Assembly: GCA_964486875.1 (NCBI GenBank)
Contig: CAZAPC010000002.1
Location: 1-30,725, forward strand
Reading direction: 5' to 3'
Origin: an uncultured Planctomycetales bacterium
GTDB taxonomy: Bacteria; Omnitrophota; Gorgyraeia; Gygaellales; Profunditerraquicolaceae
Length of the DNA: 30,725 bases
This document shows, piece after piece, positions 18,242-26,550 of the stretch (within the stretch, counting starts at the first letter, position 1; each line of letters begins with the position of its first letter). A program made the position numbers and the translations under genes. The notes beneath the pieces were generated by a model, which saw only the letters and a program-made list of their open reading frames with translations, did not search any database and was not told the origin of the DNA.

Positions 18242-19498
18242 CTACGTTCCCATCTCCCAGCTTGTCAGGTATTTCTTCTGTTCCGGAGTTAATACGTCTA
18301 TTCTAGACCCTAAAGATCTTAATTTCAATCTAGCAATATTTTTATCAATGTCTTCGGGAACACAGTAAACCTGCTTCTTCAATTTCTTGTAATTATTAGC
18401 CATATACTCCGCGGAGAGAGCTTGGTTGGCAAAAGACATATCCATAACTGACGCAGGATGCCCTTCTGCCGCTGCCAGATTTATAAGCCTTCCTTCACCC
18501 AGAAGATAAATCTTACGGCCGTCTTTTAAGATATACTCCTCAACAAAATCGCGGATTAACTTTCTTTTCTTGGATAATTTCTTTAAGCCGTCGATATCCA
18601 ACTCTACATTAAAGTGCCCTGAATTAGAGACTATTGCGCCATCCTTCATAATTTTAAAATGTTCGCGGCGTATTACATTAATATCCCCGGTAACAGTCAC
18701 AAATATATCTCCTATCCTTGCGGCATTCATAATCGGCATAACCTCAAAACCATCCATAACAGCCTCCAATGCGCGCAAAGGATTAACTTCTACTACAATT
18801 ACTTTTGCGCCCAGGCCTTTAGCACGCATCGCCACGCCTTTGCCGCACCATCCGTAACCTGCGACCACAAAGTTGCTACCGGCTATTAATTTATTTGTAG
18901 CGCGGATGATACCGTCAACCGTAGACTGCCCGGTTCCGTAGCGGTTATCAAATAAATGCTTGGTCAAAGCATCATTAACCGCAATAATCGGATAACGAAG
19001 TTTATTTTGGCAAGCCAATGCCTTCAACCTTATAACACCCGTAGTGGTCTCTTCGGTCCCTCCTATAATATTACTATGCATTGAATGCGGACGCTGATGG
19101 ATAGTGCTGACTAAATCAGCTCCGTCATCCATAGTAATATCCGGCTTTACCCCGAGCGCTGATTTTATATGATTATAGTAAGTTTTAGTATCCTCACCTT
19201 TAATTGCGAATACGGAAACCTTAAGATCTTTGGCCAAAGAAGCGGCAACATCATCCTGCGTAGAAAGAGGATTCGACGCGCAGATAAAGACTTCTGCGCC
19301 ACCCGCTTTAAGCACGCCTGCCAATACCCCGGTTTCAGTAGTTACGTGTAAACATGCAGCTATTTTCAAGCCCTTTAATGGTTTCTCCCTTAGAAACCTT
19401 TGCTTAATAAGGCTCAAAACAGGCATATTATTGCTGGCCCACTCAATTCTTAATACGCCCTTTTTTGCTAATTTTATATCCTTAATATCATACCCCAT
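18242..19498 (-). CDS. ahcY: Adenosylhomocysteinase
   Basis: [44 protein letters not shown] and GRLINL motifs. Confidence 0.98.
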   Translation of the reverse strand: MGYDIKDIKLAKKGVLRIEWASNNMPVLSLIKQRFLREKPLKGLKIAACLHVTTETGVLAGVLKAGGAEVFICASNPLSTQDDVAASLAKDLKVSVFAIKGEDTKTYYNHIKSALGVKPDITMDDGADLVSTIHQRPHSMHSNIIGGTEETTTGVIRLKALACQNKLRYPIIAVNDALTKHLFDNRYGTGQSTVDGIIRATNKLIAGSNFVVAGYGWCGKGVAMRAKGLGAKVIVVEVNPLRALEAVMDGFEVMPIMNAARIGDIFVTVTGDINVIRREHFKIMKDGAIVSNSGHFNVELDIDGLKKLSKKRKLIRDFVEEYILKDGRKIYLLGEGRLINLAAAEGHPASVMDMSFANQALSAEYMANNYKKLKKQVYCVPEDIDKNIARLKLRSLGSRIDVLTPEQKKYLTSWEMGT

Positions 19499-19506
19499 AT
19501 TTTCTC

Positions 19507-20682
19507 CTATAATCTGCTCGCTTGTCTTCTCAACTCAGCGGCTTTATCCGTCTTTTCCCAGGCAAACCCATCCCTGCCAAAATGCCCGTAACACGCAGTG
19601 CTTTTATATACCGGCTTGAGCAGATTTAATGAATTAATTATTCCCCTTGGCGTCAGCTCAAAATTCTGGCGGATTAATTTAACTAACTTTTCGTCATTAA
19701 TCCTGCCTGTGCCGTATGTATCAACATATATAGAAAGAGGATTTGCGTGGCCGATGACGTATGAAAGCTGCACTATAAACCTATCTGCCAGGCCGGAAGC
19801 CACAATATTCTTGGCAATATAACGGCACATATAGGCTGCGGAGCGGTCGACTTTAGTCGGGTCTTTTCCCGAAAAAGCTCCTCCGCCATGGGCAATAGTT
19901 CCTCCATAGGTATCTACAACTATTTTTCTACCGGTCATACCCGTATCTGATTGAGGACCGCCTACTATGAATTTACCGGTCTGGTTAACAAAATATTTGG
20001 TATTTTTATCCGTAAAACCCTTTAAGACCGGATCAGCTATTACCCTAACCATTTCCTGCCTCGCCCTAGAAGTAATATGCCTTCCTGAGGCATCAAGTAT
20101 ATCCTCGGTATGCTGACAGGCGATAACAACAGAATCTACGCGCTTAGGTTCCCCTTCCTCATATTCAACGGTAACCTGGGATTTACAATCAGGGCCAAGG
20201 TACTTCAAAATCTTTGCCCTGCGCACATCCGCCATGCGTTTTACTAATTTATGCGCCAAAGTAATAGGAAGAGGCATATACTCCTTTGTCTCGTTACAAG
20301 CAAACCCGAACATAATCCCCTGGTCCCCTGCTCCGCCGGCATTTACGCCCTGGGCAATATCCGGAGACTGCCTATTAATGGTATTAACTATTGCACAGGT
20401 CTGGTAATCAAACCCGTACTTAAGATGAGTATAGCCTATTTCCCTAATTACCTCCCGCCCCAATTTCTGCATATCGACATAGGCATTGGTCGTAATCTCC
20501 CCTCCTACTATCAAAAGCCCCATGGTGACATATGTCTCGCAGGCAACCCTTGCGCACTCAGGATTTTTGTCTTCCTTTAATATCTTATCTAAAACCGCAT
20601 CCGAAATCTGATCGCAGACCTTATCCGGATGGCCCTCGCCGACCGACTCTGAAGTAAAAAGATACTTGCGTAAACCCATCAC
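19507..20682 (-). CDS. metK: S-adenosylmethionine synthetase
   Basis: [29 protein letters not shown] and GGGAFSGKD motifs. Confidence 0.98.
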   Translation of the reverse strand: MMGLRKYLFTSESVGEGHPDKVCDQISDAVLDKILKEDKNPECARVACETYVTMGLLIVGGEITTNAYVDMQKLGREVIREIGYTHLKYGFDYQTCAIVNTINRQSPDIAQGVNAGGAGDQGIMFGFACNETKEYMPLPITLAHKLVKRMADVRRAKILKYLGPDCKSQVTVEYEEGEPKRVDSVVIACQHTEDILDASGRHITSRARQEMVRVIADPVLKGFTDKNTKYFVNQTGKFIVGGPQSDTGMTGRKIVVDTYGGTIAHGGGAFSGKDPTKVDRSAAYMCRYIAKNIVASGLADRFIVQLSYVIGHANPLSIYVDTYGTGRINDEKLVKLIRQNFELTPRGIINSLNLLKPVYKSTACYGHFGRDGFAWEKTDKAAELRRQASRL

Positions 20683-20694
20683 TATTCTCCTTTT

Positions 20695-21432
20695 TTAAGC
20701 AAACCTCTTTTTTGCCGCGTTTAAATATTTATAATCGCCAATATCATACCAGGCGCCCTTGAATACATAACAGTAAATATCAACCTGCCCCTTAAGCCAA
20801 TCTATGTACTTTCCTGTCGCATCTGTTTTATACTTTTTAAATCTCATATAAACATTAACCAGCGAAAGCTGCTGCCTGGGAATATGGTATAAACACATAG
20901 CTACAAGGGAAGAATCAGGCTTAGCAGGCTTTTCTTTAAATTCTGTCACCCTATTATTCTTATCAATCTTCAAAACCCCGTATTTACCCGCGTCTTTAAT
21001 ATCCCTAAGGCGATAAGCTGCTATTGCCGTATTCGGTTTATTCCTTAGTGCAAAATCGACGAAGTCCTTGATGCTCCCGTTAAAAAGGTTATCCCCTCCA
21101 ATAACCAACAAGCCATCTTTAATCCCCCTGTTTTTCAGCACGAAATTTATATCTCCTATCGCACCAAGCCTGTCTTCGTTACTCTTGGTGCGATCGTCAA
21201 CAAGAGAGATTTTCTTAGGAGACTTAACTCGGGCTTTCCACTCTCGGAATTTATCGATGAACTTATTGTTAGTTACTACAATGATTTCATCAACGAGTTT
21301 GACTTTATTTAAATTATCTACTATATAATTAATAATCGGCTTTTTATTTACCTTAAGCAAAGGCTTAGGATACTCCTTTGTCAAAGGGTATAACCTTGTG
21401 GCATAACCTGCAGCTAAAATTAACGCTTTTAT
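20695..21432 (-). CDS. Sugar-phosphate nucleotidyltransferase (NTP_transferase family); start extended to an ATA codon at 21432
   Basis: In-frame extension upstream of the track's TTG gives (ATA)KALILAAGYATRLYPLTKEYPKPLL, the family's N-terminal signature. SD GGAG lies 8 nt upstream. Later motifs GDN, FKEKP and WYDIG are also present. Confidence 0.88.
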   Translation of the reverse strand: MKALILAAGYATRLYPLTKEYPKPLLKVNKKPIINYIVDNLNKVKLVDEIIVVTNNKFIDKFREWKARVKSPKKISLVDDRTKSNEDRLGAIGDINFVLKNRGIKDGLLVIGGDNLFNGSIKDFVDFALRNKPNTAIAAYRLRDIKDAGKYGVLKIDKNNRVTEFKEKPAKPDSSLVAMCLYHIPRQQLSLVNVYMRFKKYKTDATGKYIDWLKGQVDIYCYVFKGAWYDIGDYKYLNAAKKRFA

Positions 21433-23159
21433 TTCAGTATCTCCTTTAGCTTAGCCTGAGCGTAAACCTCCACCTCTTCGCCGGTAGAGAGCTTTAAAGC
21501 CTCTTCGGCTATCTCCTTAGCCTGGCTTAAAGTTATAGAACAAACTAAATATTTTAACTCCGGTATAACCTGAGGAGGCATGCTGAATTCGTCTAAACCT
21601 AAACCTAAAAGTATAAGCGCTAGGCTGGGTTCTCCTGCCATTTCTCCGCACATACCAACATTAATATCCCCTTGATGCGCGGAATCAATAACATTTTTTA
21701 TAAGGCGTAAGACTGCCGGATGAGCAGGCTCATAAAGATAAGCTACTTTCTCATTAGCCCGGTCAACCGCAAGGGAATACTGAATTAAATCATTGCTACC
21801 GATACTAAAAAAATCTGCCTCTTTAGCCAGTATATCTGCCGTAAGCGCTGCCGAAGGAACTTCTATCATCACCCCTACCTGTATATCATCTTCAAAAGGA
21901 ACACCTTTTGACCTTAATTCATCCTTGGTCTCTTTAAGTATCTTATTCGCCTGGCGCAATTCATCAACACTGGATATCATTGGATACATCAACCTTAAAT
22001 TCCCGTGTACTGAGGCCCTCAAAATAGCCCTGAGCTGTAACTTAAATATCTCCGGACGGGCCAGGCAAAAACGGATAGCCCTCCAGCCTAGAAACGGCTG
22101 CATCTCATGAGGAATAGCAAACTGAGACAAAAACTTGTCGCCGCCTAAATCCAAGGTACGTATAATAACAGGATAGGGGCTCATTTCTTCAGCAACATAT
22201 TTATAAGCCAGGTAATGCTCTTCTTCCGTAGGGGAATCCTTTCTGTTCATATAAAAGAACTCCGTGCGGTAAAGCCCTATGCCTTCTCCTCCATGCAACT
22301 TTACAGCCGGTACTTCATCGGGAAATTCTATATTTGCGTTTATTTCGACTTTTACCCCGTCTAAAGTAACCGCGGGCAGATCCTTGGCAGAAAGGAACCT
22401 TCTGGTAACCCCTTTTAGCTTTTCTTCCTCGATATGGTATAAATCTAAAATCTTCTGGTCAGGATTTACGATAACAATACCCAAGGCGCCGTCTACTATC
22501 AACGTATCGCCAGAGTTAATAGTATTGGTGGCGTTTTCAACTCCGACTACGGCAGGTATCTCTAGGGATTTAGCCATAATTGCGGTGTGGGATGTTTTGC
22601 CACCTACATCCGTGACAAATGCCGCTACGCTCTTCTTGTGCATAGCCGCCGTGTCTGAGGGAGAAAGGTCATGCGCGACAATAATTACTTTTTCTTTAAT
22701 CTCGCTTAAACCCTTCTTTTCCCTACCCAGCATATTCCTTAATATCCTTCTACCGACGTCATTGATATCGCTTATGCGTTCTTTAAGGTATTCATCCTCT
22801 ATCCTAGCAAATACCGAAACATATTTCTTCAATACCTCCTGAAAGATAAAGGCAACATTAAGCTTATCCCTCTTAAGGCGGGATATGACCTCTTCGATAA
22901 ACATGCGGTCTTCCAGCACTAACAGGTGGGCATCAAATATTTGGGCTTCCTCCTTGCCCATATCAAAACTTATTCTCTTCTGAAGCTCGATAATCTCCCT
23001 GCGGGTCTTAATCAATGCTTCTTCAAAAAGCTGTATCTGCAGGGGAATTTCAGATTCGGTGATATCCTGGCGCGGGACAACAAATTCCTCCTTACCCAGC
23101 TTATGCGCGATTCCTATACTTATACCGTTTGCAGCGGCTATACCTTTAAGCTCTGTCAT
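21429..23159 (-). CDS. ptsI: PTS enzyme I (phosphoenolpyruvate-protein phosphotransferase)
   Basis: Phospho-His in SHTAIMA; GIGLYRTE, RTLDLGGDK, LGWRAIR, MIEVP, SIGSNDL and CGEMA motifs. Confidence 0.97.
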   Translation of the reverse strand: MTELKGIAAANGISIGIAHKLGKEEFVVPRQDITESEIPLQIQLFEEALIKTRREIIELQKRISFDMGKEEAQIFDAHLLVLEDRMFIEEVISRLKRDKLNVAFIFQEVLKKYVSVFARIEDEYLKERISDINDVGRRILRNMLGREKKGLSEIKEKVIIVAHDLSPSDTAAMHKKSVAAFVTDVGGKTSHTAIMAKSLEIPAVVGVENATNTINSGDTLIVDGALGIVIVNPDQKILDLYHIEEEKLKGVTRRFLSAKDLPAVTLDGVKVEINANIEFPDEVPAVKLHGGEGIGLYRTEFFYMNRKDSPTEEEHYLAYKYVAEEMSPYPVIIRTLDLGGDKFLSQFAIPHEMQPFLGWRAIRFCLARPEIFKLQLRAILRASVHGNLRLMYPMISSVDELRQANKILKETKDELRSKGVPFEDDIQVGVMIEVPSAALTADILAKEADFFSIGSNDLIQYSLAVDRANEKVAYLYEPAHPAVLRLIKNVIDSAHQGDINVGMCGEMAGEPSLALILLGLGLDEFSMPPQVIPELKYLVCSITLSQAKEIAEEALKLSTGEEVEVYAQAKLKEILK

Positions 23160-23425
23160 AATTCTTCCTCTGACATAATAATCTTTTCTAATTCTGCCAA
23201 GGCCGATTGGGCATCATCCCCGTCTGCCTCAATAATAATGGAACTGCCTTTTTCAGCCCCAAGCATCAGTATGCCCATAATCGACTTGCCGTTAACCTCT
23301 TCATCATCATGCCTGACTATAATACGGGAATCAAACTTATTGGCTATCTGGACAAATAATGCCGCCGGCCTGGCATGCAAACCCTGCCTGTTCTTAACGA
23401 CCAGTTCTTTTTTCAGCTTAGCCAT
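23156..23425 (-). CDS. ptsH: HPr-family phosphocarrier
   Basis: GLHARPA (His15) and NGKSIMG (Ser46) motifs. Confidence 0.95.
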   Translation of the reverse strand: MAKLKKELVVKNRQGLHARPAALFVQIANKFDSRIIVRHDDEEVNGKSIMGILMLGAEKGSSIIIEADGDDAQSALAELEKIIMSEEEL

Positions 23426-23429
23426 TAAA

Positions 23430-24671
23430 TTATATCTCCTCTATAAGGCCCAAAATAATCTTTGCTAATTTAAGGTGATCATGCCTGATCAGAGAATCCT
23501 CAATAATTACAAAATCGTCCCCGATAACACGGTAACCCATATTCTCTATCTTTTTCCTATCGTCTAAAACAAGGTAGGACCCTTGTTCAGAATAACGGTT
23601 TAAAATATCTTTAGGCATAACCGCGGTATTCACAATACAATAATCTATAATCTTAGGATGAGAATGCGAAATGAGCGATTTTATATGCTCAGAGGCGCTA
23701 TAATCATCGGTTTCCCCCGGCTGAGTCATAGCATTGCACACGTAAATCTTAACCGCATCTGACTGCACAATAGCTTCGTTAATCTCGCCAATTAAAAGAT
23801 TAGGTATTATACTGGTATACAAAGAGCCCGGGCCTAAGACGATAACCTGCGCCTCTTTTATAGCCTTTATAGCATCAGGAGTAGCCTGAGGTTTATCAGG
23901 CTTAAGATACACCTTTTCGATTGAGCGGCGCGTCTTGGGTATCTTATTTTCTCCTACCGTAGTCGTCCCGTCTTTATGCTTAGCAACTAAAACTACTTTA
24001 TCTAATGTAGAAGGCATCACCTGCCCGCGCAAAGCCAATACTTTACTTGTCTCTTTAATCGCCTTCTCAAAATCTCCGGTAAGCCTTGTCATTACCGTAA
24101 TAAAAAGATTGCCGAAGCTGTGCCCCGAAAGCTCTGAGTTAGTATCAAACCTGAACTGGAATAAATCCCTCATTAAGGCCGGTGCGTCGGCTAAAGCTAC
24201 AAGGCAATTTCTTATATCTCCCGGGGGCAATATATCAAATTCTTCCCTTATCCTCCCCGAAGAACCGCCGTCATCGGCTACGGTAACTATCGCAGATATA
24301 TTTGAAGTAAACTGCTTGAGGCCGGTTAAAAGGACTGACAGCCCGGTCCCCCCGCCTATTACTACGACCTTAGGCCCGCGGTTAATCTGTTTATTCTGGT
24401 AAATTATATCTAAAAGCTCCAACCCCCTTGAGGTAGGGACAAAAACCGCAATTAGCGACCTTAATATCCTCTTAACCCCAAGGATAAGAATAATTATTCC
24501 GGAAAATAAAATTACCGCATCAAGGATCTTAAAAAATAAAAACTCATCGGTGCGCAGCCTACCTGAGGAAAAAATCAGTATAATAACGCCAAAAATGCTT
24601 AGGGCAATCCAGCGCTTAATCCCGATTCCGGGATAAAACCATTTAAGCAGAGTCTTAATTCTGTCCGGCAT
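23430..24671 (-). CDS. yvcK: YvcK/CuvA (gluconeogenesis factor, UPF0052) with an N-terminal membrane extension
   Basis: GGGTGLS, DDGGSSG, PPGDIRNCL, GHSFGNL and GPGSLYTSI motifs, preceded by two hydrophobic segments. Confidence 0.92.
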   Translation of the reverse strand: MPDRIKTLLKWFYPGIGIKRWIALSIFGVIILIFSSGRLRTDEFLFFKILDAVILFSGIIILILGVKRILRSLIAVFVPTSRGLELLDIIYQNKQINRGPKVVVIGGGTGLSVLLTGLKQFTSNISAIVTVADDGGSSGRIREEFDILPPGDIRNCLVALADAPALMRDLFQFRFDTNSELSGHSFGNLFITVMTRLTGDFEKAIKETSKVLALRGQVMPSTLDKVVLVAKHKDGTTTVGENKIPKTRRSIEKVYLKPDKPQATPDAIKAIKEAQVIVLGPGSLYTSIIPNLLIGEINEAIVQSDAVKIYVCNAMTQPGETDDYSASEHIKSLISHSHPKIIDYCIVNTAVMPKDILNRYSEQGSYLVLDDRKKIENMGYRVIGDDFVIIEDSLIRHDHLKLAKIILGLIEEI

Positions 24672-24681
24672 AAAAAAACCC

Positions 24682-25152
24682 TTAAACCCTTTTCTCGTCT
24701 TCCTGGGTTATTATCCTGACAATGGCCTTTTCGTCTTCACAGGCACGAAGAGTATCGCGGAAGTATTTATCTTTAAGGAGCCTTGAGATACGCGCCAAGG
24801 CCTTTAAATGCGGCCCGGCAGAATCCTGAGGAGCCACCAAAAGAAAAAAAATGTATGCTGGTTCGCCGTCTAAAGAATCGAAATCCACCCCTTTGCTAGA
24901 GAGCCCAAAAGCAGCGACCAATTTTCCGACACAATCGGATTTAGCATGCGGTATAGCTATCCCCTGGCCTATAGCAGTTGAACCCAAGGCCTCCCGGTTC
25001 ATCAGAGATTCAATCAGTTTATTGCGCGCGCGCTTTTCGATATCGCCGGCTTCAATCAAAACATCAACCAGCTCTCTGATAACATCTTCCTTCTTGGTAA
25101 ATTTGATATCGGTAATAATGGCTTTCTTAGATAGAAAATCCATAATCTGCAT
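24682..25152 (-). CDS. Stand-alone PTS EIIA (Ntr/fructose-mannitol type)
   Basis: RE.LGSTAIG.GIAIPH (phospho-His), GVDFDSLDG and HLKALA motifs. Confidence 0.92.
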   Translation of the reverse strand: MQIMDFLSKKAIITDIKFTKKEDVIRELVDVLIEAGDIEKRARNKLIESLMNREALGSTAIGQGIAIPHAKSDCVGKLVAAFGLSSKGVDFDSLDGEPAYIFFLLVAPQDSAGPHLKALARISRLLKDKYFRDTLRACEDEKAIVRIITQEDEKRV

Positions 25153-25184
25153 TTGTTTCTCCTTTCAAAGTTAGTTTCTTAAAA

Positions 25185-25257
25185 AGCGGGAGACGGGATT
25201 CGAACCCGCGACATTAACCTTGGCAAGGTTACGCTCTACCAACTGAGCCACTCCCGC
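25185..25257 (-). tRNA. tRNA-Gly(GCC)
   Basis: Full cloverleaf with acceptor GCGGGAG/CTCCCGC, anticodon loop TT-GCC-AA and T-loop TTCGAAT; no encoded CCA. Confidence 0.97.
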
Positions 25258-25345
25258 AATGCCTATTTTTCTCGAGCACTGCGCAATTCGCGTATGCCTT
25301 TCTCCTTGCTTAAACCTATATCAGAAATTATGGTACCGCTCGGAG

Positions 25346-25369
25346 TGAATTTTGCGTTAGCAAAATTCA
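25346..25369. repeat. Perfect 10-bp inverted repeat abutting the tRNA-Leu 3' end
   Basis: TGAATTTTGC-GTTA-GCAAAATTCA; no following U-tract. Confidence 0.7.
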
Positions 25370-25451
25370 TGGGCGGAAGAGGATTTGAACCTCCAAGGGT
25401 TGCCCCAATAGCTCCTAAGGCTATCGCGTATGCCAATTCCGCCATCCGCCC
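25370..25451 (-). tRNA. tRNA-Leu(TAG)
   Basis: Acceptor GGGCGGA/TCCGCCC, anticodon arm ATAGC-CTTAGGA-GCTAT, long variable arm and T-loop TTCAAAT; no encoded CCA. Confidence 0.97.
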
Positions 25452-25484
25452 TATTTCCTCTTACCGCATAAAATCAAACAATTA

Positions 25485-25649
25485 TTGATAACCTGTGGTT
25501 TAGGGACGTACATTAGAAATTTTTCGGCAAATGGGAGCAAGGAATTACGGCGAACGAAGCCCGACGGTTTGTATGGTCGGACGAGAGCGAGCCGTAAACC
25601 GAAGCTCCCGGCGAAAATTTCAGCACGGAGCGAAACCACAGGTTATCAA
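25485..25649. repeat. Long nested-hairpin intergenic element, family H copy 2
   Basis: Perfect 17-bp terminal inverted repeat TTGATAACCTGTGGTTT/AAACCACAGGTTATCAA. Inner arms GGGAGC/GCTCCC, TTACGGC/GCCGTAA and CCGAC/GTCGG. Confidence 0.9.
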
Positions 25650-25652
25650 ATC

Positions 25653-25677
25653 AATGAGCCTCCCGAGACTCGAACTC
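25653..25677 (-). repeat. 25-bp direct duplication of the tRNA-Lys 3' end (att-like)
   Basis: AATGAGCCTCCCGAGACTCGAACTC is identical at 25653-25677 and 25797-25821. Confidence 0.93.
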
Positions 25678-25796
25678 ATCGCTCCTAGCTTATGCTAGTC
25701 GCTCTTTAAGAGGGGGCAAGCCCCCTCTTAATGTTCTCCCCCAATCGCAGGGGAATCTTCCCCTGCACCCCTGGAGTTCTCGTTTTAACAATATTT
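25678..25796. mobile_element. 119-bp hairpin-rich mini-element or island remnant between att-like repeats
   Basis: Bounded by the 25-bp tRNA repeat; hairpins at 25685-25698, 25706-25731 and 25747-25766; no ORF. Confidence 0.5.
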
Positions 25797-25798
25797 AA

Positions 25799-25871
25799 TG
25801 AGCCTCCCGAGACTCGAACTCGGCACACGCGGCTTAAAAAGCCGCTGCTCTACCGGATGAGCTAGAGGCCC
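25799..25871 (-). tRNA. tRNA-Lys(TTT)
   Basis: Acceptor GGGCCTC/GAGGCTC, anticodon arm GCGGC-TTTTTAA-GCCGC and T-arm CCGAG-TTCGAGT-CTCGG; no encoded CCA. Confidence 0.96.
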
Positions 25872-25896
25872 GTAAAATTTTGCTTTGCAAAATCAC

Positions 25897-25944
25897 GGGC
25901 CAACCACGTGATGCCGCCACAGGCGGCATTTTACGTGGAGGCCC
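25897..25944. repeat. GC-rich interrupted hairpin between frr and tRNA-Lys
   Basis: Arms GGGCC/GGCCC, CCACGT/ACGTGG and ATGCCGCC-ACA-GGCGGCAT. Confidence 0.75.
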
Positions 25945-25948
25945 AAAT

Positions 25949-26509
25949 CTAGAATTCCAATACTTCTTTTTCTTTATTCTTTAATGTCTCATCTACTTTT
26001 GCTATATATTTATCTACCTGCTTCTGCAGCTCATCTATACCGCGGAATTTATCATCTTCAGATATAAGTTTATCCTTCTCCATCTTTTCCAAATGCTCTT
26101 TTGCATCGCGCCTTATAGTGCGAAGCGATATCCTTCCGTCCTCAGACATCTTATGTATTACTTTGGCCAACTCCTGACGCCTCTCCTTAGAAAGCTGAGG
26201 AACAGAGAGCCTTATTACCTTGCCGTCATTAGAAGGAGTAATCCCCAGGTTTGACTTCATTATTGCCTTCTCTATCTCCGGTATAGCTGAAATATCCCAT
26301 GGCTGAATAACCAGAAGATGTGCATCAGGAGCAGATATAGAAGCGAGCTGCTTAAGTAGAGTAGGGGTACCGTAATAATCTATATGCATTCCTTCGACAA
26401 GAGTAGGGCTTGCCCTTCCGGTACGGATCTCCGAAAACTCCCTAGTTACCGACTCTAAGACCCTCTTCATCTTTTCTTCTGCCCCATGCAAAATCTCTTT
26501 AGTACTCAT
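25949..26509 (-). CDS. frr: Ribosome recycling factor
   Basis: IRTGRA, DYYG..T, IQPWD, SNDG..IRL and RxIRRDA motifs. Confidence 0.98.
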   Translation of the reverse strand: MSTKEILHGAEEKMKRVLESVTREFSEIRTGRASPTLVEGMHIDYYGTPTLLKQLASISAPDAHLLVIQPWDISAIPEIEKAIMKSNLGITPSNDGKVIRLSVPQLSKERRQELAKVIHKMSEDGRISLRTIRRDAKEHLEKMEKDKLISEDDKFRGIDELQKQVDKYIAKVDETLKNKEKEVLEF

Positions 26510-26550
26510 CTCATTGCCTCCCGTGATTCTTAAGAATATGTTGGGTATTT

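Noticed and set aside
15806-20694. ilv attenuator/T-box upstream of ilvD and SAM riboswitch upstream of metK or ahcY
   Set aside because: The gaps are only 8-12 bp, too short for such elements.
21382-21384. TTG start for the nucleotidyltransferase
   Set aside because: It would delete the LAAGYATRL nucleotide-binding motif.
25258-25345. Possible tRNA pseudogene in the Leu-Gly spacer (11-bp TCGCGTATGCC shared with tRNA-Leu)
   Set aside because: I could not build a cloverleaf or find a T-loop, and an 11-bp match is within chance expectation.
25653-25821. CRISPR array
   Set aside because: There are only two repeats, they are tRNA-derived, the 119-bp spacer is far too long, and no cas genes are present.
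25897-25944. Intrinsic terminator for frr
   Set aside because: In transcript sense the hairpin is not immediately followed by a U-tract, so it is kept as a repeat/structure rather than called a terminator.
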